DNA of 6,805 bases from Nitrosomonas europaea. Lineage in GTDB: Bacteria > Pseudomonadota > Gammaproteobacteria > Burkholderiales > Nitrosomonadaceae. Numbering within the stretch: the first letter of the stretch is position 1; each line of letters opens with the position of its first letter. The stretch is from the NCBI RefSeq assembly GCF_900167395.1, contig NZ_FUWK01000066.1:1-6805 (forward strand). The letters run 5' to 3'. This document shows, piece after piece, positions 6,525-6,805 of the stretch. Under the pieces are notes generated by a model. That model had not been told where the DNA came from, ran no database searches, and saw only the letters and a list, made by a program, of their open reading frames with translations. Position numbers and translations under genes: made by a program.

Positions 6525-6805
6525 TGTGATGGTGTATTGTATGATTTGCTACCGACACAGGAGGAATTATGGGACAGATATTACACGGGAGCGCCCGCAC
6601 GACAGCGGCGGTGCGTCGAGCGATACAACATAGTGAAGAGAGCCTGAATGTGCTGGCCAGGCGCTACGCCATCAATCCCAAGACGGTGGCGAAATGGAAG
6701 AAGCGCAACTTTACGCACGATGCCAGGATGGGTCCGAAAGAGCCGCGTTCCACGGTTCTGACACCAGAGCAGGAAGCCGCTTGCGTAGCCTTCCGCAAAC
6801 ATACG
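6525..6805 (+). mobile_element. IS481-family insertion sequence, left end (continues beyond window end)
   Basis: An IS481-type transposase gene starts at 6569. The upstream sequence TGTGATGGTGTATTGTATG.. (from 6525) resembles the TGT-initiated IRL of IS481-family elements. The boundary is tentative because the partner IR is outside the window. Confidence 0.45.
6569..6805 (+). CDS. IS481-family transposase, 5' partial
   Basis: Absent from the ORF track because it runs off the window. AGGAGG (6559-6564) precedes the ATG at 6569. Translation: MGQILHGSARTTAAVRRAIQHSEESLNVLARRYAINPKTVAKWKKRNFTHDARMGPKEPRSTVLTPEQEAACVAFRKHT.., the characteristic IS481-family N-terminus (HG.A.TT...R..IQ.S.ES...LA.RY.IN.KTV.KW.KR). 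Confidence 0.85.
   Translation, partial: MGQILHGSARTTAAVRRAIQHSEESLNVLARRYAINPKTVAKWKKRNFTHDARMGPKEPRSTVLTPEQEAACVAFRKHT

Noticed and set aside
6381-6802. 88-aa plus-strand ORF (6381-6647) and 73-aa minus-strand ORF (6581-6802)
   Set aside because: Both conflict with the unambiguous IS481-family transposase frame, which starts at 6569 behind an AGGAGG RBS.
1-6805. tRNA/tmRNA genes, integrase att sites, CRISPR arrays
   Set aside because: I scanned by eye for T-loop (GGTTCGAAT-like) motifs, a tmRNA 3' end and regularly spaced identical repeats, and found none. This could be missed without tools such as tRNAscan or CRISPR finders.

Overview
IS-rich accessory region of a moderate-GC, Proteobacteria-like genome; the host cannot be named from sequence alone. 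All non-IS genes lie on the minus strand. Left to right: (1) one end of an IS3-family element with the 5' part of its OrfA transposase (1-327). (2) An intrinsic terminator, then a 506-aa class-II-type Fic (AMPylase-family) protein with a long wHTH/AbiEi-like N-terminal extension (571-2091). (3) Four 24-bp-periodic AT-rich direct repeats directly upstream of fic (2112-2207). (4) A ~400-bp hairpin-dense stretch with no credible ORF (2208-2606). (5) A LysE/RhtB-family exporter gene split by a 1058-bp IS630-family element with TA target duplication and 33-bp imperfect IRs (2607-4262); its DD35E transposase is broken by two opposite frameshifts at homopolymers. (6) A tightly coupled two-gene cassette: a 154-aa protein with a tentative TerD-like pattern (6011-6475) followed by an orphan VirD4/TraG-type coupling-protein ATPase (4370-6007), with no other T4SS or relaxase genes in the window. 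(7) The left end and 5' transposase region of an IS481-family element (about 6525-6805). Best candidates for something undescribed: the TerD-like + orphan T4CP pair, the Fic fusion with its repeat array, and the structured non-coding block. No tRNA, rRNA or CRISPR array was seen.
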